DNA of 64,000 nt from Paraphysomonas bandaiensis (taxonomy: Eukaryota > Protista > Chrysophyceae). The notes below the pieces were generated by a model. The model saw only the letters and a program-made list of their open reading frames with translations. It did not search any database and was not told where the DNA came from. Of the stretch, positions 34,792-49,081 are shown one piece after another (position 1 is the stretch's first letter; each line of letters starts with the position of its first letter). The DNA lies in assembly GCA_965644295.1 (NCBI GenBank), contig CBFFRP010000036.1, positions 78,050 through 142,049 on the forward strand. Reading direction: 5' to 3'. Position numbers and translations under genes: made by a program.

Positions 34792-37700
34792 ATGTGTTTA
34801 CGCTTCTATACATATATTATTACTTGGAGTTTATTGAAATCTGTCGTTTGTAATACAGAAGAGGGTAACAAGCACTTAAAGTGTGTACCTGGATCAGAGG
34901 AGTGCTGTAATTATCAAGGTGTATGTAATTCGGATGGGACAGTGTGTGAATGTTATGATCAGGAGCACTTCTGGGCGTCTGATATGTGCTCCACCTGGCA
35001 CACAGGCCCCCAGTTAAACCATGGCCAATATTGTGTTCCAAATACCAGAAATTATTACTGTAGTTTTAAGGGTATCTGTAATTCAGAGGGCACCGCTTGC
35101 GTTTGCGACGATCCGATGAACAGATTTTCTTCTGAGCGCTGTGCAATATGGCATGATGTGTCTGAAGGTATGGATATTACTTGTTCCACTGAGTCTAGGT
35201 TGTATTGTTCCAACGCGGGCCATTGCAATCCTACCAATGGGAAGTGTGTTTGTGATGATCCAGACCATGCTTGGTCCTCCGAGAGGTGTGCAATATGGCA
35301 CCCCGGACCAGAACTCGCAGAAGGTCTTTTCTGTACCCCTCTCGAGAACAATTACTACTGCGGTCATGTCGGTACTTGCGCCGCCGATGGCCTTTCGTGT
35401 AATTGTGTAGACCATCATCACAGGTTGGTGACTTTTCATTGTGTAAACAGAGTGTTAGCTGTAAATACTTGGGTGGCAGATTTGTATGTACTTTTGTGTC
35501 ATTAATTGTGATCATCTTTACCTGACATTTGTTTCAGACGATCGTACGAACGGTGTAGAATATGGCACAGTCCTAACCCAGTTGAGTGCATTTATAGTGG
35601 TTCAATGATATTGAATAATGCATTCACACCCAACCAAGAAATGCTGTCAGTGGACCCGACTGTTGTTTCGCTGGGCTCGACACCATCTCCAGCGGGAATG
35701 GTCGGTTCGACCACGCCCCCAACTCCAACAGTGGGTGGCACACCATCCCCAAGCGATGTACCGACTGCTCGCCCAGAGTCAGCTCCTAAACCAGCTCCTG
35801 AACCTGCTCCATCTTCATCAGAGCCGCCGTTGTTTGAAACCACACTTCCGCCGACTCTGGTCCCTACTATTTCCTTATTTACGACATTACCCACAGCACA
35901 CATAGCGACTTATAAACCGTCAATGTCGCAACCACCTGCTACACCACCAGTAGTAGGTGAATCAAGTGCTCCCACATCAAACATTGTTTCCAATGCTCCA
36001 TCATTGGTTCCCACGGCTGTAGCTGCAAGTGCAACTCCAACTACGCCACCGAGAATAGCAGATGAAATGAATACCCCGACTACTGCACCCGCTGCTATTG
36101 AAACATATTTTCCCACGGAATTTCCTACTGTTAGTCTAGATACTCGCACTCCAACAATATCACCAGCATTTTTCTCTCCAACGGCATCTCCTACCTTAAT
36201 TGGATTAACCAACGACCCGACTATGCTTCCTACTTCTGAAGTCGTCACGAGTACTCCTACCGTGCAACCTACAATAGAGGATGATATTGGTACTCCATCA
36301 GTCGTACCTACAATAGAGGATGATAGTGGTGCTCCAAGCGCGAATCCAACATTGGAGGGAGTAAATACCCACCCGACGATGTTACCTACTTCTGATGCCA
36401 TCACTAGTATTCCTACAATGCAACCTACAGTGGAGGATGATACTGGTGCTCCTAGCGCGAATCCAACATTGGAGGAAGTAACTACTCACCCGACGATGTT
36501 ACCTACTTCTCAGGTCGTCACGAGTGTTCCCACTGTGCAACCTACAATAGATGGTGATATTGGTACTCCGTCAGTCGTACCTACAATAGAGGATGATAGT
36601 GGTGCTCCAAGCGCGAATCCAACATTGGAGAGAGTAACTACTCACCCGACGATGTTACCTACTTCTGATTCAATCACTAGTATTCCTACCGTGAAACCTA
36701 CAGCGGAGGATGATAATGATACTCCAAGCGCGAATCCAACACTGGAGGAAGTAACTACTCCCCCGACGATGTTACCTACTTCTCAAGTCGTCACTAGTAC
36801 TCCTACCGTGCAACCTACAATAGATGGTGATACTGGTACTCCGTCAGTCGTACCTACAATAGAGGATGATAGTGGTGCTCCAAGCGCGAATCCAACATTG
36901 GAGGGAGTAAATACCCACCCGACGATGTTACCTACTTCTGATGCCATCACTAGTATTCCTACAATGCAACCTACAGTGGAGGATGATAATGGTACTCCAA
37001 GCGCGAATCCAACACTGGAGGAAGTAACTACTCACCCGATGATGTTACCTACTTCTGATGCCATCACGAGTGTTCCCACTGTGCAACCTACAATAGATGG
37101 TGATATTGGTACTCCATCAGTCGTACCTACAATAGAGGATGATAGTGGTGCTCCAAGCGCGAATCCAACATTGGAGGGAGTAAATACTCCCCCGACGATA
37201 TTACCTACTTCTGATGCCATCACTAGTATTCCTACAATGCAACCTACAGCGGAGGATGATACTGGTGCTCCTAGCGCGAATCCAACATTGGAGGGAGTAA
37301 CTACTCCCCCGACGATGTTACCTACTTCTCAGGTCGTCACGAGTGTTCCCACTGTGCAACCTACAATAAATGGTGATACTTGTACTCCGTCAGTCGAACC
37401 TACAATAGAGGATGATAGAGGTGCTCCAAGCGCGAATCCAACATTGGAGGGAGTAAGTAATGATCCAACGATGTTACCTACTTCTGATGCCATCACTAGT
37501 GTTCCCACTGTGCAACCTACAATAGATGGTGATATTGGTACTCCGTCAGTCGTACCTACAATAGAGGATGATAGTGGTGCTCCAAGCGCGAATCCAACAT
37601 TGGAGAGAGTAACTACTCACCCGACGATGTTACCTACTTCTGATGCCATCACTAGTATTCCTACAATGCAACCTACAGTGGAGGATGATAATGATACTCC

Positions 37701-40700
37701 AAGCGCGAATCCAACACTGGAGGAAGTAACTACTCCCCTGACGATGTTACCTACTTCTCAAGTCGTCACTAGTACTCCTACCGTGCAACCTACAATAGAT
37801 GGTGATACTGGTACTCCGTCAGTCGTACCTACAATAGAGGATGATAGTGGTGCTCCAAGCGCGAATCCAACATTGGAGGGAGTAAATACCCACCCGACGA
37901 TGTTACCTACTTCTGATTCAATCACTAGTATTCCTACCGTGAAACCTACAGTGGAGGATGATAATGATACTCCAAGCGCGAATCCAACACTGGAGGAAGT
38001 AACTACTCCCCCGACGATGTTACCTACTTCTCAGGTCGTCACGAGTGTTCCCACTGTGCAACCTACAATAGATGGTGATACTGGTACTCCGTCAGTCGTA
38101 CCTACAATAGAGGATGATAGTGGTGCTCCAAGCGCGAATCCAACATTGGAGGGAGTAAGTAATGATCCAACGATGTTACCTACTTCTGAGGTCGCCACGA
38201 GTATTCCTTCTATGATACCTTCTGTCCAGGGCACTGGGCATATTGATACTGTGCAACCCACGGTAGAGGACGAGACAAGGACTCCCACCGTAGTTCCTGT
38301 AATTGTTAGCGATACGATTTCTCCAACTCTATCGCCGATTGATCTCGATGTTACACATGTCCCCTCTGCTGTACCAATGATATCTAATGACGGAGATTCG
38401 CCGACAATTTTCCCCTCTGTTTATAATGTGCATACTTCAGAGCCGACACTTTTTTCTTTTCAAGATTCACAGTTTCTGCAGTCTCTCAGTGGAGAATATG
38501 ACTTGTATGTTACTTATGTAACCAAATCTGATTTTGATTTAGAGAGTATGGAAGAATCATGGCGCTATTTTGCTGATAATCTACTTGACATTCCCTTTGA
38601 TGTTGATTATTATGAGCTTGCGTTACGAGGAGTCGTTTATTACCCTGAAGATGGGACGTACAACACACTCGAAGCATCTTGTCCGGACTCTTTAACCTCG
38701 AATATGATTGTATCCATGATATCACAAAGAGGAGATATTTCGCGGCAATGTGGCGGAAGTGTCTGGAATGTTATTGATGGAATACTTTGTATCAATTGCA
38801 CATTGAATTCTACCTGTGTTGAGTATCAGGAAAATATGTTCTCCGTTGCTCCTGCAAGTAGGTGCGTTTCTGAAGGAAGTGCGGTTGCCTTGTATGGCTA
38901 TGCGTTTGGTGCAAATATTCATCAAGTTGTCCCACCCACAGTACCGCAGATTCAGGACATTGAGTTAGTTGAGTCTCGAAATTCAATGCTTCGTATTGGT
39001 GTGCATGTCAACACTACAGAACTCGGGGGTACACTTTATTGTGGAGCATTCTCACCCGGCTACTTACCGTCAAGCCCAGAAGAAATTGCGTCACAGGGAA
39101 ATAGTGCTTGGTCGCCATCTATACGTGACACCAATGCATTCTCTACAGTGATTACTGTCGATATCAGAGGGCTTCCTGCCAACACATATTTTGATGTGTA
39201 CTGTACGGCAGAAGATTCATTGGGAAATTTTTTAAGTAGTGAAGACTTTTTATTGTTAGCTGCCTCAACTGAGTGTTGTCACAGCATTTTAGTCCGCCAA
39301 CCACCTTATGCGCTTTCGAATTTTGAATCTTACACGGGCTTAACATTTAGAGAATTGCAAAAGCTCTCATTTGTATTGTCAGTTTCCAATTCTCCAGCAA
39401 CTCATGTAGCTGTGCGTCCTTATACCACTAATACATCTATTGTATTTTACCCCTCAGTTGTATATTTTTCTGCTAGTGCCAATGTGAAATCGGCATCGTT
39501 TCTTATGTATGGAGCAATTGGTGAACAGAAAGTGTTGTTCAGTATTGAGGGTGAGAATGCCACGCAGTATTCACCTATCAACGAAGTTATTGTTGAAGTC
39601 GTTAACAATGACACTTCTCCTATGGGTTTTGTAAAAGTAGAAGGTGCTGTATTTTCCGAAGATGGGACAGCGATGTTCATATATTTCGACAAGTCCACTG
39701 ATAAAGGGCAAAGTTACTCGGAAAATGTACTTTTTCAGAGCTGGCAATGTAGTATTCTTTTCAATTTCAGTGCAGCGCATTCTTCCTCTTGCGCTTGGGT
39801 CAATGATACCACAGTTCGGGTATTGCTCTCTGTTGAGCCCAATGGCGTCGAAATGATTGAAGGTGAAAGTGTACAACTAATTGGCGATCGCGTGAAGCTA
39901 CTGTGCGTCATTGCACAGTGCAGTAGTTATCCCTTCTCACCGTCTTCAGAGACCGTAGTCACTTATCCAGACAAATTTCATCGTCCGCATCCTATAATCC
40001 TCGTTCCTTCGGCGATTAATATTGGAGACGAACTTACTATAGATATATCACTTTCTTATGGTGCTTTAGGTAGACCTTGGGGTGTTGTCTTGTGGAGAGT
40101 AACTTCCAGTGATGGTAGTAATTGCTCGCAAATAGAAGGAATTCTCAACGCCGCTACCGCGTATGCGCCTATTATAATTCCACCCTACCTTCTTCATAGT
40201 ACAACTTATTTTTTCAGTTTAGGCATCAGGAATTTCATGCAGGGTTCAGATTATGAACCTATATTTCGCACTGCTCAGGTTACAGTGCAACCATTTGACC
40301 CGGTTGTAGTATCTATTGTGCTGGCCGCCCCAGAACTGTTATATGCCAGCTATTTGCAGAATATTGATGTTTCCTCGTTTCTTGTTTTATCATTTCATGA
40401 CAATGTATCTATCACGAAAACGGAGCTCTTTGGTACTGGGACGCCGAACTATGACATTAAATTTTATGAAAATTTAGTGTTTCAACCGTTAATCGCATCA
40501 ACTTCAAGAAATCCCTCCCGATTGGTCGTTCCACAGAAGGTGTTGAGACCTCTCAATACGTATCATGCGCATTTCGAGATGACCTCTCCGAACCAGTTAC
40601 ATAGTGCATCATCCTATCTTAAAATATTTGTGGAACGTGGACATGTTGAGGCGAAAATATCTGGCGGCTTTGATGTTAAGCTCAATGTACATTCTAGACT

Positions 40701-43700
40701 TGTTCTTAATGCATCACTATCGTATGAAGAAAGTGGACAGAATCTGAGATATGAATGGGAATGTAGAGTTAGGTCATTGGCGAATTACAATGATATCTGT
40801 GACGATTTTTTTTCCAGCCAATATACATCAGCATCTAGATATGATAGCGTTGTAGTTTTCTCTGGCGGTGTACTACCTCCTGCGGTGACATATCAGTTTT
40901 ATGTAACTGTTACAACAGCTGACGAAAGAAGTGATACGACCAGTGTCTATGTCACTCTGGTTGAGTATGAGAATTCAACGCTGCCGTTGCCGAATACTTT
41001 TGTGAGTACATCTGAGTCGAAGTTAACTTTGAGTGGTACAGTTTACTCTTCTGAAAATTCAGTGTTGGCATTTTGGTCCGGCGAGAACGTATACGATTTA
41101 AATATTGAGAATATAAGCCTAACTCCTACTCAAAGTGTATTTACTTCTACCCAATCTCGTACCGGTATTGACTTCGCCTATGCAGCCTATCTACAACATT
41201 TTAACAGTGAGCTCCCGTTTGTATTCCGTTTGACGGTAGTGGATACCACAACTTCAAGCGATGTGTACTCAAGCATTTCGTTCACTAGAAATGCGGCGCC
41301 TTCTGGAGGGAAGTTTATTGTTTTACCTGAAGTCGGAATTTCTTTATCTACTACATTTGAATTCAGCGCTATTTATTGGAGTGACATGGAAGGAAATTAT
41401 CCACTCACTTATCAGTTTAGTTATCAGCGGACAGAGGAAGAGATTTCTCTGTCTGTGGCCTCCTTCAGTGTATTTCCTCATCAACACACGGAGCTATATC
41501 CGGGTTTATCATCAGCAAGCTATATCATTTCATGTAGAGTTATAGTATCCGACTCCTTGTCGGCGCCAGTAGATGCCATTACTTATGTCCAATCACACCC
41601 AGGTGGGACTATCACTGATATTAATGTGACTAAATTGGAGGGTGATTTAGCAACACTATCCGCAAATTTTAGAAGCAGTGATATTCTCCGCGTTGTGCAG
41701 CGCACTGCAGTAATTATGAACTCACAGAACTGCAGTAAATCTCCGAACTGTTCTTTTTTGAATAGGTATGACTGCTATCGTTGGAAAGATACATGTGGAC
41801 CATGCATCAAAGGCTTTACGGGAATCTCTGGGCCATCTAACTCAAGATGCTATGATGAGAAAAGTACCAATGTTTCAGTTGCTATATCCGGCAGTTTGAG
41901 TTGCATTTCGAATTGGGATTGTGTCCTTGGTAATTGTGACAATAACAAGTGTTCAGTACCACATAAATCATGCCCCGGATCTGCCGTTGATAATATTTGT
42001 TCTGGCAACGGGGTGTGTACATTCTATTCGTCCTTGGGTGAAGTGCTTGCAGATTGTCTGGAGACCAACAGTAATTGTTACGCAAGCTGTGACTGTTTTT
42101 CAGGTTATGGCGGCCATGACTGCAGCTTGAGTTACCATGATGTTGTCGCTAGAGAGAAAGTACGAGGAGTACTTTGTGATGCATTGTATATGTCCACTAC
42201 CTATACAGATTATTCTAGCGAAATGCTGGAACAAATTGCTGAGACAGTTGAGATACTGTATAACCCTAACGAGCTTGTGTCTGATGAAAGTCGAATTATT
42301 TGTTCAACTCTATTACCAGTTGTGTCTGACTTGTTAGATTCTGAATATTTATCAGGTGCAGCATTGAGCACGCCGTCCGATGCTCTCGAATTAGTATCTC
42401 TATTTCTGGGCCCTCGAGTTTATGTCAGTACTGGCGTTGGGTTTGCAGGTCGTTTCGATTCGAGACGAGCACTTACTGTTACAACGGATATAGTTAACTT
42501 GCGTGTTATCTCTCTTGCAGACAGCATTGTTAGTGCGTTACACAGTGATATGGCACCTAGTCAATATCGACAGGATGTATTTTCGGATATGGTTCGATTA
42601 TCAGTGCACTACGAAAATCAACTAAACCTTTTAAGAGCTGTTCTAGCACCCCCTATTACACAGAGAGAAGAAGCTTTAGGATATCGTGTCCCATCGTTTT
42701 CTTTGCCTACTAATGGGCTAATGTCTTGTGGATCTCCTAGTACGCATGCTAGGCTGGCTGTTATTCTTTGGGAATATCCGCCTTTCGAGTCGACGGAAGA
42801 AGTAGTGAGCAGTGTGTTACAGTTTTCGTTGCTACCTACACTTGATAACATTGTTACCGAAGAAGAATTGGGATCATATACCATTCAATTAGTCTTCCCG
42901 GCATCAGTAACTTTTAATGGTACGCAGCCAGTGTGTAGAAAATATACCGACTCGATCCCATCGGATAGTGAATGTCACTGCGACATTCTTGAATATTCGT
43001 CCGCAAATTTTACTGTCGAATGTATGAATTTTAGCAATCATTGCCCCTTGAGTGATTATAACCCTAATGGAGCTGCTGAGTTTGCATTGTCCAGCGAAGA
43101 TTCGATATCTCGTTTCTTAAAGAATTCGAACGGTTATTTAACCACCTCGTATTATGCCGTGAGCACTGATGTTGACGCGCCGGCCCAAGCATTGGGTGAA
43201 ATTCCTTCTGTCATTCCAGACACAAGAGTTGGTATTGTATTCATATGCTTGTTGGCATTTTTTATGGTCCTGGGATTCTTTCTGTTCAGAAAGTGGGACA
43301 AAGATGACGCTCGAGTACTTCTTTATCACAGACAGATGGATTCTGACCCTTCACAATTCAATCTAACATCAGCGTTTGATAACAGAGGTATTGGCATATC
43401 TGGGTTTGAGAATATTTCTTATATGAACACGTCTGGCTCCAATAAAGAGGATGATTCATCAGCAACGCCATCGTTTATGTCAGACGACTGTGAAGCAGAT
43501 ATAGTTGTAATCCCAACTCACCCTATGAATGCACTAGAAAGAGGACTTTCGAATGATAGCCTTGGTAAAACATGGGGACTACAATCATTTGAAGGTGCTT
43601 CGTTATCACCTGCACAGATGCAATCTGTTTTCAGTCCTAAGAATGAATTTTTAGACCCTTCCGTGACGTCGACTTCTTCTGATGCATCCATTGAAGCATC

Positions 43701-46700
43701 CAGGATTACAATTGATACTGGTGGCCTCTCTGACGAGCAGTATCTTGCCGCAGGAGAGTCGATTGTCTCTCAAATGAAAGGGGATTCTCAATGGAGCGGT
43801 TTAGCAGTCACTATTCGGTCTGCGCCTCCATCTCCAAGCGGGTCAAGTGACTTAAATAAGTCAGTGAAGAAGATATCACATTTTTCTTACGATGATGATA
43901 GTGACGATAAAATGTTTTTTGATACAGTGCGACCGTCGTCGATTTCTTCTTGTGCTGATAAATTAGAAGTTCCCCAAGTTAGCATGTTAAAAGATTGTAG
44001 TTCGTGGCAGAAGTTTAAAGACGCTGTACGAAGACACCACCGATGGATTCGAGTTTTTACGTATCCATCTGTGTATCAACCACGACAAATCAGATTTCTT
44101 AGCGCCTGCAGTGATCTGTTGGTATTGATATTTGTCGATGTTACTTTCTACAGTGTGTTTTATCCTGACGACAACACGTGTGAGCACTGGAGCGGAACTT
44201 CCAGAAGTGTTTGCACTGAAACCATGTCAAAGTTTGAGCGTCACCTCCCCATGTGTACGTGGAATGCCGAAAGTGAGAGGTGTTCGCTCCGTTCTCCGGA
44301 CACAACTATTGAGTTTGTTGTTTCTGTGAGCATCGCTCTTATCGTCTTGAGTATAGTTCCAAAGACATTGTTGCGCTATATACTGGAAACGTATTGCCGA
44401 TGTTCCGCACACTACCTTACAATAAATAAACATCGGAAAGATGGTGTATTGGCAGCTGACCCAGACTTGAATACCCATCCTCTGACGTCACTGTCAATGA
44501 CGCAATCTTCTAATAGACTGGCAGCTAATTATAGGCGAGGTGCCCGTGAAGCAAATCAAACTGTTGCTGATACTGTATCTTTCACAAAGAAGTTCGCGGT
44601 TTTATACAAGCGGTATGATGATGTCAGTCCAAGTGTAGAGGCTCGGCGTGCCATTGAAATGACCAGAACGTACCTTCAGCACAGCACGTTACGAATAGCA
44701 GTTCCTTGGAAGAAGTTGGGTGTCTCTGCGGAAAAAATTGCGCGAATAGAATCGATATTTTATCGAATGGGATTAAATCTAGATGGCACCGAGCGCCCGT
44801 TGACGTTACTAGAACGCTGTAAGTATGGTACACAGGCAGATAAATTCATATATAAAATAACGAAGGCTAGAGTGATGGGTAAGAAAATTGGGCAGGAATG
44901 TCTGCTCTATAGGAATGCTGTATTTCAGAATATATACCTAGTACAGTCATTTGTCGCTGAATGTCTTTCTCCTATAAAGCGCTTCGCTGTACAACTCGAA
45001 ATGGGTAAATATGATCAAGCATCCCCGCATCTACTCCCATTTTCGTATTTGCTTGCCTCGTGGTTTTCGGTGTTCCTGTGTTGGGGCTTCATGGCCTACT
45101 GGTCACTTAACTGGGCCTTTACAAACGGCGAAGCAGTTCGCAGCCACTGGGGCCGAGTTCTCATTCTAGTATTTGTGATAGACAGCTTCGTTAATGAAAT
45201 GGCACAGATATACGTTATATACGTCATGTGTCTAAATCGTGTAAAACCTCAGCTGCAGCAGATATATTTTGTTTTGAATGACTTAATATTGACTCGCCAC
45301 GAACTAAGGTCTAGCCGTTTATCTGCCAGATGTGTAAACCTTATTCATCATTTGTCGGGAGCGTGTCGCGCGGCCAGGCAGACTGAACTTGGAACGTTAA
45401 TTGCTGCAGAGCTGCTCATGCACATGGATGACTACGCTCTTGCTATCTGTCGACAACATTCAGGAGCAGTACTTGACAGTCTTTCCTATCTAATTCTAGC
45501 GTGTCCCGTTTACCTCGGCTTCGGTATTGAGTATATAGAGAAAGCTCTGTTGGATCTGTTTTTACCATCGTGTTTTTTTTTATTCGTGGTGATAAACGCC
45601 TTCATGTACAGATTCTCAACAGTTTTACTTGTCTGCTGCTACTTATTTTTTGTGACTTATTTGGTACTGTATGTATATATCATTCCACGCTTGAATAAAA
45701 GTCGGACAACCCCTTCTAAGTACAGTGGTACTAAATACCCTAGTGTTAAGGGCTGGCTCAAGGCACGTGATAAGAGTAGCCACTGGTATGTTCCGCTTCA
45801 TAAAGTTCTCTGGTCAACAATATATCGAAGTCGGCACAAGAAACGCGACCAGATTTTTCAGTGGAGAAATCAAAATATGGCACATTTTAATCAAGGATGG
45901 GTTGATCCTGTGGGTGGTTTATCACAGAGTTTAGATGCGTACCCTTCATTTTCTACTGTCGGGTTCAAGGAATCCAATGAGAAAATTCCTATAGAGTTAC
46001 GGAACTACGAGACAAAGGCTTTGACGTCGTCGAATTCATTCGTTGACGGCTCCCATCAACGCCGTGTGTCTCCAACAAAGGTGGATCGAAGTATGGATAT
46101 CTCATCGTGTACTGATTATTCTCGGAGCGAAACATCTAACATTTTGTCAGGCGCGTCAGATATATTTATGAATGATTCAATAACCCAAACGAAGTCTTTT
46201 GATTTACTTCCGGATATTCCACGAAACAAATCCCGTGTAGCGATTGGAATTCCATTCGGGGATCGCTGGGAGGCTGGGCTCTCTGCAAAGGCTTCAGTGT
46301 TTCAAAGCGAACCAGTCTTGCGTCGGCATATTTCTTTTGTGACATCTGATGTTAGACTGGTTTTAGCACGTGCTGCGAAGATGTTTCATCTAATTGTTGA
46401 TCAAGATTTAGGAGAAGAGACGAAATGTGAAGATGAAGTCCGGGATGTTGCTGATGTATCTCAATTGGCATTGTTAGTGAATTGGCTTTTGAGCACGTTT
46501 CAGCCATGTGGGTATTGCTTAGATCAAGATGAACTGAATGCTATCGTTGGAGATTTTATTCGATACGTCGATTATCACAGTGACAAATTTCCTAGTAGAA
46601 GCATGGATTGTGATAATTTTTGCTTTTGGTTGAAAGAAACACTGGCAGCTATAAAGCTCCGTAGTGAAACTGTAGTGGACGAAGCCAACGACGACGATGT

Positions 46701-48696
46701 TGTCCTGGATAGTAATCCATTCGAAAATGGGTTATTTAGTAGGCGTCTTGGAAGTAGAAGTTATCGATCAGCTTTGTCCTATTCCTCTGCTGATAGTGGA
46801 ATATCAGCGTTAACGACGCCGTCGCGATTTGGTACGAATTTAGATGTCATCACGGAACCGCCCATTTCAAATGGTAGAAATAGTGAGAAACGAGGTGGTC
46901 ATGTCATCATTGATCGTCCTCATGGACAGCGATCATGGGTTGAGACAATAGGAAGCTGGGGGTCATTGAATTTAACATTGAGCTCACACGACTCCGATGA
47001 AAATGATGCTCCTGTTGAAAGTGACGATGCTCGATTAGACGCATTTTATACTCTGCCGGAGGGTGAAGATCATGCCATTGTTAAAACAAACGATGTTCAT
47101 AAAACTACCTCTGTTGGAGATATCGCCATTGTGGATGGTTCAGTTCAGGTAGGCAACCGCCCTTCTCTTTTACGAAGCATTTCGAATGGTATCGTTTCTG
47201 TTGCATCGGTTGTGCTTCGGAAAATGACAAGCGATCAAGGAATGACTGTATCACCGGAAGACCAGCCCTACGCGCCACAAGATTATTCTCAACGTGGAGC
47301 ACGGGTGAGTGAATTTGACGGGCGTGTTGATTCAATATCGTCAGATCAAAATCTAGAAAATCTACCGAGACCGCTTTTTGTTCGTGCTTATAGGAATTCT
47401 AAAAACAGTGCCAGGGTTCATGAAGCTACTCTTGCTAGTCGACGAAGCTCTCGCAGTAGTCAGTCCAGTGTGTATTCTATATTGTCTAGTTCCAGTCGTG
47501 ATTCCAAGATATCCAAGGAATTAGGAGAATTGCACGTTAGATATAGTGGACGTCGGCGTCAGTTTAGCCAAGCAGATAGAGACAGCGTAAGAGAAAGTCG
47601 TTCGAGGGAGTGTTATGTGGCGACCCCACGTGGTACCACACCGCGCAGTACTCCTCGTGGTTTCTGGTCTCCTCGCGGCTCTAGGAGATCAGATATATGG
47701 AAGGAAAAGGAGAGGACTCGTGTGAATATTAAGTCACTTTCGTCACAAGAAAGTGCATCCGCCAGCAGTGGTAGTTCTGGGACTCGGAGTTCCCACTGGC
47801 GTAGTGTGTTGACGAGAAGCAGTGATACCTCTATCACTCGAGAGAACGTGATATGGCCCAGTGATGGATCGGCTACGACTTGGAGTACTGATGAACGGAA
47901 TACACAGAGAAAATATTCAGTTGCTGATTCTATTTTTACGACAAGTAGTTCTAATGGAAAACAATCTAAAAGTGAAGGAAATAGTTTTTCAGACTGTACT
48001 GAAGATTCGACTCCTTCCGAGCAGCATTCTTCATTGACAGACTCAAAGACTATAAACTTTTCAGCGTATCCACATACGAAGTCTTCCACTAATCAGCCGG
48101 AAGACTCTAACCAGCGTAGCAATGTTAGCCATCCCACTGTTTCTGGGGATTATCAACAAGAAGTGTTGCGGCTGCAATCTCTGGAATTCTCTCCAGAGAA
48201 GCCTGGTCATTTCTCGAGTAAAGGAAATGAAAGCAGTTGGGCTGACATTTACAACAGCTCACCTCTTGGGGAAAAATATCCTCTAAATCAAACTATAACG
48301 AGACCACCCCGACGCTTGTCTATTCCCAGCGAATTAAGGCCCAAAATATCTCGTAGATTCAGCCGATCGTCTACTGTGGAGAGCCCACGAGTTGGGAGAC
48401 TCCTATCACCGCAAGGTGATTCTGATATCGGGATTCCTGATGATATATCAGAATTGTCCTTTTCTATTTCTAGTGACCCGTCAATGGAGACTGGGAGTGA
48501 ACGAAAGAGCGGCGTTGACGCTGAATACACAGGAGAGATGGAAGCTAAACAAAGTTTTCGTTCTGTATCCAGTCGGAAATCTGGAGCCGCACAGAGTGAT
48601 GACAGCCGAACGGCAATGGCTAACACTGCGGATATGTTGAATGAGTGTAGTTCTAGTCGCTCTGCTCAAGTCAAAGCTCCTGTGTTTTTTTTATGA
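34792..48696 (+). CDS. Polycystin-1/REJ-like multi-pass membrane protein (~4596 aa) with N-terminal EGF-like repeats and acidic PT mucin region; exons 34792-35423 and 35538-48696
   Basis: Signal peptide and 4 Cys-rich EGF-like repeats. The 114-nt GT..AG intron completes repeat 4 (HHR|RSYERCRIWH) in frame with the 4363-aa ORF. REJ motifs LNAS.SY...LRYEWEC and NAAPSGG.F.V.P..G....TTF.F....WSD...YPLTYQF; then EGF, degenerate GPS, TM, HHRW+.+F, further TMs and a long Ser/Arg tail. Confidence 0.85.
36200..38220 (+). repeat. Coding higher-order tandem repeat (39-bp units grouped mostly into 273-bp blocks)
   Basis: 13-aa units (PTIEDDSGAPSAN, PTLEGVNTHPTML, PTSDAITSIPTMQ ...). GTCGTACCTACAATAGAGG recurs at 36301, 36574, 36847 and 37120. 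Confidence 0.9.
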
Positions 48697-49081
48697 TAAT
48701 TTCAATATGATCTAACGAATATTTTCCAATTAGCATTGCGTAGCTATTGTATACCTTATGGTCTTGAAATGGTTGTATTATTAGATGTGTAAAATTGTAT
48801 AATATAACTCTTTTCATGAATGTGTCGCATTTTTAATTAATAAAAGTCTGTATATTTACCTTTACTCTCATTGCAGCTTGGACTCTTGAATTTTGAAACA
48901 ATGTTTACGTCCTTCTCTATTGAGCTCAATCTGGACAGTCATTGGCTCTATGCTCTACTAACACATTCATATTTCCTCTTAGTATTCAGATTTCACATGA
49001 GTATGTAAAGCTTGTCCACAAGGAGTAAAGTTCACTTGATCATCGTTTCCCCTATTAGAATATGGATTATATTCTAGTATG

